Shown piece after piece: positions 10,253 through 18,244 of a stretch of 43,470 bases of DNA (position 1 is the first letter of the stretch; each line of letters begins with the position of its first letter). A program made the position numbers and the translations under genes. The stretch spans positions 1 through 43,470 of the forward strand of contig JAWXCN010000267.1 of NCBI GenBank assembly GCA_034408725.1, given 5' to 3'. The notes under the pieces are model-generated. The model searched no databases and was not told where the DNA came from. It worked only from the letters and a program-made list of their open reading frames with translations. Origin of the DNA: Candidatus Hydrogenedentota bacterium (GTDB lineage: Bacteria; Hydrogenedentota; Hydrogenedentia; Hydrogenedentales; SLHB01).

Positions 10253-11344
10253 CTACGGAGACGTAATCACCGTATCGTTCAAGTTAAATGTCAGCGGACG
10301 ATTGTCGCGTAGCGTGTCTTGAACCTGTACACTGTCGCGTTTGATGGCGATGACCTTAAACCGGCCATCAATCATTTCGCCGGCTTTCACGTTGACCGAT
10401 CGGTCGGTTGCCGCGGTCGAGGGCCTGCTTAATCCAAAAGTCGCCGAATCATCCGAAATCTGGTTCACCGACATCTGGTATGCAAAGGTTTCCGCGGTGA
10501 CTTCTTCGTGCAACTTTCGAATTTCTCCGCTGCGATCGACCTTGAACACGTCGTTGACGTTTCGTGCGGCGTCGCGCAATGATTGATGCGTCCACGGCTT
10601 CGCGTCCAACAAATCGTGAATTTTCTTTGCGAAGGCCAATTGCGCCTGTTCGAGTATTTCTTTGTTCTTCGGGTGCTGTTCCTTGGCCAGCGCGTTGGCC
10701 GCATCAATAACCGCTTGCTTGGGGTCCCCACCGCTTGCAAGGATTCGCTCGGCCGGGTTGTGGTTGACGCGATCAGGCACTACCGGCGCCGCCGTGAAGT
10801 AGCTGTACGCAAAAGTTCCCCCAAAATAAAGCACGACCAGTCCGATTAGAATCCCGGCAACCTGAACTGCACGTTGCGCCGCGCTGGGCCCTCTGGATCG
10901 TTTGAACGTCGCTGTTGGTTTGCCCGATGGCATGGCGAGGGAGGCAAGGGCCTGGCTGCGTTCGTCGAGTTGCGGCAACCCTTCTTCGGCGGTCCCGCTA
11001 TTCGGATCACCTTTCTTTTTCCCGGCGATGCCGAACATTGATTTGCGTGCGGGTTCGGCGTCCGGAGGCGGATTGCTTTTGAACTCGTACTCGGAGCGAA
11101 ACGCTTCCATCGCCTCCATTACGCTGCTCGATGGAGCATAATGGCGGACCGTCTCACCACCAAGATCGTCTATGGTAAGGTTTCGGGCTTCATCGCGGGG
11201 ACGACCCACCGACTCACCGCAAAAACGGCACTTGACCGCCAGAACGCTGATTTCCATGCGGCAACTGGGGCACAGCCGGTTCTTGTCTCCTTCACGAACC
11301 TGTCCCACTTTTACGGTACTCCGAGGGCCATTAACTGTAACCAA
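10253..11344 (-). CDS. Hypothetical membrane-anchored protein with N-terminal zinc ribbon
   Basis: CPSC...CRFC near the N-terminus, one central TM helix (ILIGLVVLYFGGTFAY), soluble C-terminal domain. Confidence 0.7.
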   Translation of the reverse strand: MVTVNGPRSTVKVGQVREGDKNRLCPSCRMEISVLAVKCRFCGESVGRPRDEARNLTIDDLGGETVRHYAPSSSVMEAMEAFRSEYEFKSNPPPDAEPARKSMFGIAGKKKGDPNSGTAEEGLPQLDERSQALASLAMPSGKPTATFKRSRGPSAAQRAVQVAGILIGLVVLYFGGTFAYSYFTAAPVVPDRVNHNPAERILASGGDPKQAVIDAANALAKEQHPKNKEILEQAQLAFAKKIHDLLDAKPWTHQSLRDAARNVNDVFKVDRSGEIRKLHEEVTAETFAYQMSVNQISDDSATFGLSRPSTAATDRSVNVKAGEMIDGRFKVIAIKRDSVQVQDTLRDNRPLTFNLNDTVITSP

Positions 11345-11534
11345 TCGACTCTGACAAGGAATGATGCACTCTTGCCATCATGCTCAATGATACTACCCCC
11401 TCCGCCAAACTAGCAAAATGATTGCCTGTACCGTATTTATAGTACTCGGAGGATTAGCTCATTTACAACCCTACCGCGCAGTATGCTCACTTTGACGTAA
11501 ATTATTCCTCCACAAGGGTTAAAACGTTTCAAAA

Positions 11535-12290
11535 TCAGCCCCGTCCAAGTACTTTTAACGTGTCCTCAATGATTTTATCCATTTCGGGCTCAGAAGGCTG
11601 CATCGTCTCGCCGGCCGTCTCGCATTCGTCTGAACATTTATACGCCACACCCGAAACCCCATAGGCCTCGCGCACTTTATAGAGCTTTTCGATTTCGGGG
11701 CCAGCCAGGCGGCGGACGTTCCCAAGTAACCGTCCAACCAACAGCGACTCCGCCGCGTGCTCGATTTTTTCCATTTTGAAGTACGCATCAAACACGGTCG
11801 AACCGACGGTCAGCGCGCCGTGCCGGTCCATCATCAGGGCATCGCACTTGCGGATGAGCCCGCGAATGGCGACCGCGCCCTCCGGGGTGGCAGGGGTTGC
11901 GTAGTCCGCGGTCGGAATTCCGCCGATCGTGTAAATCACTTCGGGCAACACACAATCCGCCAGACTCACGCCCGCAATGGTGAAGCCGAGCGCCTTCGGC
12001 GGATGTGCGTGGACAACGGCATTCATTTCGGGCCGTTCTTCGTATGCCGCGAGGTGGGTGGTGAACTCGGAGGTGACCTTTCCGTCGCCGGAGAGTTTGT
12101 TGCCCTTCGCGTCGGCCACTATCAGGTCGTTCACCTGCATGAACCCCTTTGAAACGCCACTGGGCGTGCATAGAAAACGCCCCGGCCCGAGCCGCACGCT
12201 GATGTTGCCATCCGTAGCCGCGACGAGGTTCTTGGCATACAGGCGGCGGCCTGCCTCGCAGATCATTTTCCGGAGATCGAGTTCGGTCAT
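11535..12290 (-). CDS. Class II aldolase/adducin family (fuculose/rhamnulose-1-phosphate aldolase-like) with C-terminal encapsulation peptide
   Basis: TDGNISVR, TPSGVSKG, TSEFTTH, VVHAHPP, RHGALTVG. C-terminal linker then amphipathic helix EMDKIIEDTLKVL. Start at ATG 12290, 1 nt after the upstream BMC-P stop. Confidence 0.92.
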   Translation of the reverse strand: MTELDLRKMICEAGRRLYAKNLVAATDGNISVRLGPGRFLCTPSGVSKGFMQVNDLIVADAKGNKLSGDGKVTSEFTTHLAAYEERPEMNAVVHAHPPKALGFTIAGVSLADCVLPEVIYTIGGIPTADYATPATPEGAVAIRGLIRKCDALMMDRHGALTVGSTVFDAYFKMEKIEHAAESLLVGRLLGNVRRLAGPEIEKLYKVREAYGVSGVAYKCSDECETAGETMQPSEPEMDKIIEDTLKVLGRG

Positions 12291-12291
12291 G

Positions 12292-12564
12292 CTACCCCTC
12301 CAAATCAACGCTATCGACTATACCAACGATGACACTGCGCACGGGAGCTTCCGCCTCGCCGAACATGAACCGCGCGGAACTCCCTTCTTGCATGACCAGC
12401 ACGGTGTCGCCCGGCCCCGATTGTACCCGGTCCACGGCAACCATCGTTTGGCCTTCAAATGTACCGTCAAGCCGCAAAGGTTTCACCATGAACGTTTTTT
12501 GTCCGCGATAAAATGCGTGCTTCTGCGTGCATACTACCTGCGCAATCACCCTGGCCAGCTTCAT
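12292..12564 (-). CDS. BMC vertex protein (BMC-P, EutN/CcmL family)
   Basis: MKLARVIAQVVCTQK...VAVD...GPGDTVLV...GSSAR...IVGIVD. Confidence 0.93.
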   Translation of the reverse strand: MKLARVIAQVVCTQKHAFYRGQKTFMVKPLRLDGTFEGQTMVAVDRVQSGPGDTVLVMQEGSSARFMFGEAEAPVRSVIVGIVDSVDLEG

Positions 12565-12637
12565 CAAACGTATCCCATCGCGGAAATTACCCTGTGAGTT
12601 TGGACACTACGCAGCACGCGCGGTTCGGTCTTATTAC

Positions 12638-12685
12638 CTCTTTCTCTTTCTCGTGCTCGTGCTCGTGCTCGTCATCGTCATCGAT
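12638..12685. repeat. Degenerate hexanucleotide tandem repeat, short array (8 units)
   Basis: CTCTTT CTCTTT CTCGTG CTCGTG CTCGTG CTCGTC ATCGTC ATCGAT, lying between two BMC-P genes. Confidence 0.8.
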
Positions 12686-12691
12686 TTTCCC

Positions 12692-12952
12692 TCACGTAAC
12701 TTGATCAATAATCGCTACAATTGTCAAATCCGCGGGATTAAATTTATCCGGCAAAACAAACGTAGCTTCACGGCCCTGCGCCATGAACACGAACTCCCCC
12801 ACGTTCGCGCCAATCGCATCGCACGCCACAATGGGCTGGCCCGCCCCGGCCTTATTCTCATCAATCGGCTGCACCAATAAAAACCGCACCCCATCAAAAG
12901 CACGCAATGCCTGGCTCGCCACCAACCGCCCAATAACTTTACCCGGAATCAA
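12692..12952 (-). CDS. BMC vertex protein (BMC-P, EutN/CcmL family)
   Basis: (M)IPGKVIGRLVAS...LLVQP...VACDAIGANVGEFV...GREA...IVAIID. TTG start at 12952 preceded by GAGGGAG. The extension to 13027 in the track is translated REP DNA. Confidence 0.9.
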   Translation of the reverse strand: MIPGKVIGRLVASQALRAFDGVRFLLVQPIDENKAGAGQPIVACDAIGANVGEFVFMAQGREATFVLPDKFNPADLTIVAIIDQVT

Positions 12953-12964
12953 ATCCGATTCTCC

Positions 12965-13016
12965 CTCGTTCCCAAGCTCCCAGCTTGGGAATACAAAGCC
13001 CGAAGCTCCGGCTTCG
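12965..13016. repeat. REP-like double hairpin
   Basis: TTCCCAAGCT-CCC-AGCTTGGGAA (12969-12991, perfect 10-bp stem), then CGAAGC-TCCG-GCTTCG (13001-13016). Intergenic. Confidence 0.75.
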
Positions 13017-13027
13017 CGTCCAGCCAA

Positions 13028-13585
13028 CTACCACTCGTGCCGGCGCAACAAATACGCATGCAACTCCGGATACGGATTCGCGATCACAACACGCTCAATC
13101 AAATGCGCCCCGGCAACCGCCGCGCCCGCGCCAACCGACGCCTCGACATCCGCCACCGCGCCCGTAAACGTGACATACCCTTTGCCACCGATGTGGTTCG
13201 CCAAATGAAGTGTAATGAGCAAGACCGGCGCCGCCTTGCACGCCGCGTCTGCCGCTTCCACGATCGCCGCCGCCGACGTAGTCTCCAACACGCCAATCGC
13301 ATCAATAACCCGCTGCACGGCCTGTCCCCGAATCACGGGCAAAACCTGCTCGTGCAAGTTCGCAAGCACAAAATGCTCGATTACCTGCCCGGCGCCCGCC
13401 GCCTCGACTCCGGCCCGCACCGCAGCCTCGACCGAAGCCACGTCCCCCGTCACCAGCGACATATACCGCCCCGGCGTGATGGGCCGCGATTCAATCAACT
13501 CCACCGCCGCCGCCTTCACCATCGCATCGCTTCCGCGTATGCCCACAGCAATGCCGGCGAACTCTATCATCCCCAAAACTGACAA
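13028..13585 (-). CDS. Tandem-domain BMC shell protein (BMC-Ts, PduT/HO BMC-T1-like)
   Basis: Two BMC domains: LGMIEF...DAMVKAA...GDVASVEAAV and IGVLET...AADAACKAA...IGGKGYVTFTGAVADVEA. Confidence 0.92.
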   Translation of the reverse strand: MSVLGMIEFAGIAVGIRGSDAMVKAAAVELIESRPITPGRYMSLVTGDVASVEAAVRAGVEAAGAGQVIEHFVLANLHEQVLPVIRGQAVQRVIDAIGVLETTSAAAIVEAADAACKAAPVLLITLHLANHIGGKGYVTFTGAVADVEASVGAGAAVAGAHLIERVVIANPYPELHAYLLRRHEW

Positions 13586-13603
13586 GGTGGTCTTCAGCCC
13601 TTT

Positions 13604-13936
13604 CTACATGTTCCAGCGAACATCCAAAACAATATCATTTTCGTTGAGCACTACCGTCTTTTTTCTGATCCGCGGGCCAAATTTGGATTGATGAGTTTGT
13701 TCATACACCAGCAGTCTTTCGCCTGTCCTGCCGCCCTGTTCCCGCGTGGGGTTCCCCCAGCGCTCCCGCACATAAGACTCGTGACGTCCAACGAATTCAC
13801 GTCGAACCCCCTTCCCGGTACTCCCGCGCAATCAAAGAGAAATCAGCGGGGCCGCCAGGAAGACAATCAATACCACGAAAACGCCTGCCGCTTTTGCGGG
13901 GAGCCAATCCCTTAAGCGTGCTTTATATGATTTCAT
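13604..13936 (-). pseudogene. Small membrane-anchored protein (BamE/SmpA-like pattern) interrupted by an in-frame TGA
   Basis: ATG 13936 gives MKSYKARLRDWLPAKAAGVFVVLIVFLAAPLISL, then TGA (13832-13834). The same frame continues LRGSTGKGVRREFVGRHESYVRERWGNP...LVY...VLDVRWNM to the TAG at 13604. Confidence 0.6.
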
Positions 13937-14267
13937 GGCGTGTCAATAATAGAGAATAACAGTATCGCCCGGGTTCCCGTCCTACCCGCACGAGTGTTCC
14001 AGGGTGCGAGCCTGTGCAACTCCATTGGGGCTTGCCGTTATCCCTTCGAGGATTTTTTGTTGTTGCCAATCTGACGGTTCTGTGCTATAAATGGATGGGG
14101 CTGATGGGTGTAATACTGATATATTTCGGGTGATGGTGGCGGAAAAATCAAAACGAGAGGAAGTTTTGAATTTCCTGTTTGCAGCACGATGCCACAATCA
14201 CATCTCCAAAAGTCACCGGTGTTTGGGGTGCCAAAGCAGATTGAACAACGAATGAGGAGAAATAGTA

Positions 14268-15080
14268 ATGCCATATCGAGTTGATTACGCGCTACAGGCG
14301 GGTCCGCATTGCCGGTTGGCGTTGTTCATGGGCGACAACAATGTAGACGGGGCGCCTGTATTTAATCGTATGACCATGGATGACATTTACCGGCGACCAT
14401 TCAGTTCTGTTCTCCAGCGGTATTTGCTGGCTTTGCCTATCGCTGCCGTTACAGTCGACACTGACCTCGGGGCGGTCCAGACATTCATCGATCCGCCAAA
14501 AGCCGTCAACGCCACTGCGATTATAACCACTTATCTAGCAACCAATCCTGCTTGGCTCGCACGAACCATGGAAGACCTAATCACCAATGGACGTCATCCA
14601 GGAGAAACTGAAAATGACGTTGGTTCATTGCTCCACGTTCTCTGCGCCAATGGAGTGTATGTACCCTGCAGCCATGCTTCAGCTGATGCCTACGATACGC
14701 TAAAGTATCCAAGATTCTTTCCGTTATTGTGGGCAGCTCAGTTTCCCGATCCTGCCGCTGGGGGCGCGCTGACGGCGTTTCCGTCGCTGACTTTCCGGCA
14801 GTTGTTTACCCAACAAGCGTCAAATGTTAGCTCGCAAACACGTCAACTGATTCTTATGGCAAGAGGCCTTGGCATCCTTCGACCTTGTTTGGCAAAACCA
14901 CACTGCGCTCCCCCTTACCCTATCCGTATTCTTCAACAAGACGGTGGCGGGCAGTTTGTCGATGGCGGCAACTATAAATGTTGCTTTAGCGGCGTTTGCA
15001 CCCGCGATCTCGCCGATCCCGCGGATTATTGTGAAGTTGTTACTGGCGGAGGATGCAACTCCATGAGTGATCCTTGTTAA
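14268..15080 (+). CDS. Hypothetical protein with Cys-rich C-terminus
   Basis: 270-aa ORF with GAGGAG RBS, no signal peptide, 8 Cys in the last ~65 aa. No family recognised. Confidence 0.7.
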   Translation: MPYRVDYALQAGPHCRLALFMGDNNVDGAPVFNRMTMDDIYRRPFSSVLQRYLLALPIAAVTVDTDLGAVQTFIDPPKAVNATAIITTYLATNPAWLARTMEDLITNGRHPGETENDVGSLLHVLCANGVYVPCSHASADAYDTLKYPRFFPLLWAAQFPDPAAGGALTAFPSLTFRQLFTQQASNVSSQTRQLILMARGLGILRPCLAKPHCAPPYPIRILQQDGGGQFVDGGNYKCCFSGVCTRDLADPADYCEVVTGGGCNSMSDPC

Positions 15081-15126
15081 TCGAAAACCGTATGATTCAC
15101 GCATGCCCTGGCGAGGAATCGACTAG

Positions 15127-16068
15127 ATGATTTCCCCAGAATTCTTACTCGAATTGAGAGCAAAGATTCCTGACCTTTTCTCACAATTCAAGAGGGAGTT
15201 GCCGGAACTCCAAGCTCTGGGCATAGGTCGCATATTTCATTCAACCCAAAATGAGTTTGACTATGTCCTGACATTTTTCGTCTCGCCAGGCGGCCGCGAA
15301 AAGGTTCCTGATATCGTAGTCACCATCCTCTCCGGGCGTAGCGTAAATCTGTCAACGGCTAGTGCAGTGACTGGTGCTATGGAATTCTCGATGGGCAATT
15401 GTAAGTATGAACGGCCCGCAAAAGGCGGAACGTGCATCGCTCCCCGGTCAGGAGGACTTGGCACGCTTGGTGGAGTTATCACCAACAAGAGCGGTGAAAA
15501 ACACGTTGTCTCGTGTGGGCATGTTATGGGCGACTTCGATAGCAGGACTCGAGGCCGAGGCCGATATATTGTGCAACCGGAAAGCGGCGACATATTCGCG
15601 ATTGTAACCGAGTCGGTTGAGTGGCTCCTCGTCGGGATGAAATCGGATGCCGCCGTCGCTAAAGTTAACAATAACAATGACGTATGTCACGAGATAGCTG
15701 GACTCGGAACGCCAACGGGCATAGGAGAACCTGTGATTGATATGCGCGTATGGAAGAGCGGAACCACCACGGGTGTAACGTGCGGGCTCATCAAGTCGGT
15801 TGGCATGACTGCCGAAATAACACGAAAGGTTCTACGACGAAACGGCAGTTATGAGGAACTAAAGTATGAATTTCACGATGTGTTTTTCATCGAAAAAATG
15901 AGCGGACGCGGTGACAGCGGCTCCTTGATTCTGGACCAAGAATCTATCGTTCGGGGTATCCTTTTCGCCCAATCAGAAGACAAAAAATTAGAACAATTTT
16001 CCATCGCCTGCACTATCCCTAATACTATCGATGCCTTATGCTTGCAAGGTTGGAGTTGGTCGCCTTAG
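15127..16068 (+). CDS. Trypsin-like serine protease (S1, Nal1-like architecture)
   Basis: Catalytic triad SCGHV / SDAAV / GDSGS, plus GTLGG and KSGTTTGVTCG. N-terminal pro-region with ALGIG...LTFFV. GAGG RBS and no signal peptide. Confidence 0.85.
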   Translation: MISPEFLLELRAKIPDLFSQFKRELPELQALGIGRIFHSTQNEFDYVLTFFVSPGGREKVPDIVVTILSGRSVNLSTASAVTGAMEFSMGNCKYERPAKGGTCIAPRSGGLGTLGGVITNKSGEKHVVSCGHVMGDFDSRTRGRGRYIVQPESGDIFAIVTESVEWLLVGMKSDAAVAKVNNNNDVCHEIAGLGTPTGIGEPVIDMRVWKSGTTTGVTCGLIKSVGMTAEITRKVLRRNGSYEELKYEFHDVFFIEKMSGRGDSGSLILDQESIVRGILFAQSEDKKLEQFSIACTIPNTIDALCLQGWSWSP

Positions 16069-16125
16069 AAACTTGGGTTAATCGCGTTACGCGCATTTAA
16101 TCAAATTTCCGCAGTTCGGTTTGTT

Positions 16126-17442
16126 TCATACAATTCTGAACGAATCCACCAACGTACACCGTCTTTCCCGCGTAAAGCTGATCGGAGAAGTCATCCCCTC
16201 GCCCGTGGGGCTGGCGATGGTGAACGACGTGTAACCCTCGCCGCCCATACCCAACCCCGCGAATGTCGAACCGTTTTTGACGAAGATTGAGCAATTGACC
16301 AGCCGCGCCATTTTCGACAGTTTGTCGATGTTGCGTGAGTGCATGGTCGCGGTATGGCGGCGGCCACCTTCGTACGCCAACGCGAGTTCGATGGCGTCAT
16401 CAACGTTCGCGACGCGAACGATCGGTATGACCGGCATCAATTGCTCGGTCCATGGCAAGGGATGGTCCCGGTCTACTTCGCAGATCGCCAGCCGGGTTGA
16501 TGCCGGGGCGTCAATTCCGATTTCGCGCAGGATAAGATTCGCGTTCTTGCCCACCCATTTCTTGTTGATCACGCCTTGCCTGCCCTGTCGCGAGTCGAAG
16601 ATGACCGCGCACAACCGTTCGATGTCTCCGCCGGTGACTTCCACGCAACCGTTCGCAATCATTTCCCGCTTGAGTTCGTCGGCCACGGACGCGACGACCA
16701 CAACTTCCTTTTCCGCCGTGCAGATAATGTTGTTGTCCAGTGATGCGCCAGCGACGATGTTGCGAGCCGCCAGCGGAATATCCGCGGTCTCATCAACCAC
16801 TGCTGGCGGATTCCCCGGTCCGGCGGCAATGACCTTCTTGCCCGAAAGCATCGCCTCGCGAACGACGCCTGGCCCGCCCGTCACAACCAGCAGCGCAATG
16901 TCCTTGTGCTTCATCAGTGCCTGCGCCGTCTCAATTGTCGGGTCTTCGACGGCGATAACAAGATGCGCGGGGCCACCCGCGCGCACAATGGCATCATTCA
17001 GAATTTCGACACACCGGTTCGAGCAACGTTTGGCGCTTGGGTGAGCGTTAAACACCACCGCATTCCCGCCGCTCACCATCGCAATCGAATTATTGATAAC
17101 CGTCTCGGTCGGGTTCGTCGTCGGAATGATCGAGCCAATCACGCCATACGGCGCGCGCTCCATCAGCATGAGGCCGTGGTCCCCGCTCTTCGCTCTGGGT
17201 TCCAGCATTTCGGGACCGGGCGTCTTTATAGTTACCAGCAGGTTTTTCTTAATCTTGTCTTCCGCGCGCCCCAGTCCGGTTTCCTCAACCGCCAGAATCG
17301 AAAGTTGTTTCACATGCGCCAGCGCCGCCTCCCGCATTGCGGCGATTATCGCGTGACGCAAGTCGAGACTGCGTTGTTCCATTTCAAGAAACGCCGCGCG
17401 GGCGAGCACGACTGCATTGTCGACGGTTTCTGGTGAAGGCAA
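16126..17442 (-). CDS. CoA-acylating aldehyde dehydrogenase (EutE/PduP family)
   Basis: EETGLGR, PYGVIG, PTTNPT, VTGGPGVV, AGPGNPP, catalytic NNIICTAEK, TIASPTGEG, FTRERRC. TTG start with GGAG upstream. Confidence 0.95.
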   Translation of the reverse strand: MPSPETVDNAVVLARAAFLEMEQRSLDLRHAIIAAMREAALAHVKQLSILAVEETGLGRAEDKIKKNLLVTIKTPGPEMLEPRAKSGDHGLMLMERAPYGVIGSIIPTTNPTETVINNSIAMVSGGNAVVFNAHPSAKRCSNRCVEILNDAIVRAGGPAHLVIAVEDPTIETAQALMKHKDIALLVVTGGPGVVREAMLSGKKVIAAGPGNPPAVVDETADIPLAARNIVAGASLDNNIICTAEKEVVVVASVADELKREMIANGCVEVTGGDIERLCAVIFDSRQGRQGVINKKWVGKNANLILREIGIDAPASTRLAICEVDRDHPLPWTEQLMPVIPIVRVANVDDAIELALAYEGGRRHTATMHSRNIDKLSKMARLVNCSIFVKNGSTFAGLGMGGEGYTSFTIASPTGEGMTSPISFTRERRCTLVDSFRIV

Positions 17443-17446
17443 AGCG

Positions 17447-18244
17447 TCAAGTCTCCATCAAATATTCAGCGGCAAGCTGCAGCACGATAAGACAACCATT
17501 GTAAGTCCAGTGGCTCAGCAAAGACGGCCAGAGCGATCCGTACAGGTGCCGTTGCAACGTCCAAACCACACTCATGCACGCGATGACGCCTATTGCCGCC
17601 CACTCGCCATACATCTGTGGGACATGAATCGACAAAAACCAGATGGATACGATCGCGATTGCAAGTTTGGCGTTCAGCAATCGCGAAAAAACCGGAAACA
17701 GGAATCCGCGGTAATACAACTCCTCGAGCGGCGGCACAACCACAGCGAAAAACGCGAACACCAGGGACATCCGTACGATCCCGTCTTCCGATTCATTGAA
17801 TGCGATGTCATACAGCGGCGCATTACCGGTCGCGAAATACCTCATGACGATGGTCGCCACAATACTGCCACCAACACCAATAAGAACACTCAAGAAAACC
17901 GTTCTGGCGCTGACCCTGTAGAGATAGAACCCGTCATGAAAGGTACGGTGATATTTCCACGCGGCGAAATACGTAATGACACAGAACGTGACAACCCAAT
18001 CCACCGCCGCGCCAACCAGCAACATGCGAGGATCAATTGCTGGAAAGCCGATTTTGCCCCGCATGATATGCAGCGTCACAAAGATTACTGCAACTGCAAT
18101 ATTGGCAAGTATAAGTGCGGTCCAGATAATCGCAAGCGCCTTGAGCAAATCAAGGCCAGTGGGCCGGGTAGGCGGAGGGGGTGGTTCGGGAAGGCTTGGC
18201 GGTTCCGGCGGCGCGCCGGGCTCCGGGCCTAGCTCTTCCGCCAT
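17447..18244 (-). CDS. CPBP (CAAX protease/Abi) family intramembrane glutamic endopeptidase
   Basis: PLEELYYRG (EExxxR), FLSIH (FxxxH), SHWTYN (HxxxN), multiple TM helices, Pro-rich N-terminus. Overlaps the upstream BMC-P gene by 16 nt. Confidence 0.9.
   Translation of the reverse strand: MAEELGPEPGAPPEPPSLPEPPPPPTRPTGLDLLKALAIIWTALILANIAVAVIFVTLHIMRGKIGFPAIDPRMLLVGAAVDWVVTFCVITYFAAWKYHRTFHDGFYLYRVSARTVFLSVLIGVGGSIVATIVMRYFATGNAPLYDIAFNESEDGIVRMSLVFAFFAVVVPPLEELYYRGFLFPVFSRLLNAKLAIAIVSIWFLSIHVPQMYGEWAAIGVIACMSVVWTLQRHLYGSLWPSLLSHWTYNGCLIVLQLAAEYLMET

Noticed and set aside
13832-13834. Selenocysteine codon
   Set aside because: There is no redox motif context and no convincing SECIS hairpin directly downstream. 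Trp at a TM boundary is the simpler ancestral state.
14268-15080. Bacterial gasdermin (similar size, next to a protease)
   Set aside because: It lacks the Cys within the first few residues and the GY...P...PL pattern I associate with bacterial gasdermins, and a Cys-rich tail is atypical. A structure search is needed to exclude it fully.
16277-18232. Long plus-strand ORFs opposite AldDH and CPBP, and similar shadow ORFs elsewhere (e.g. 24013..24897, 35912..36799)
   Set aside because: Antisense shadow frames are expected in GC-rich coding DNA, and these have no motifs or RBS support.
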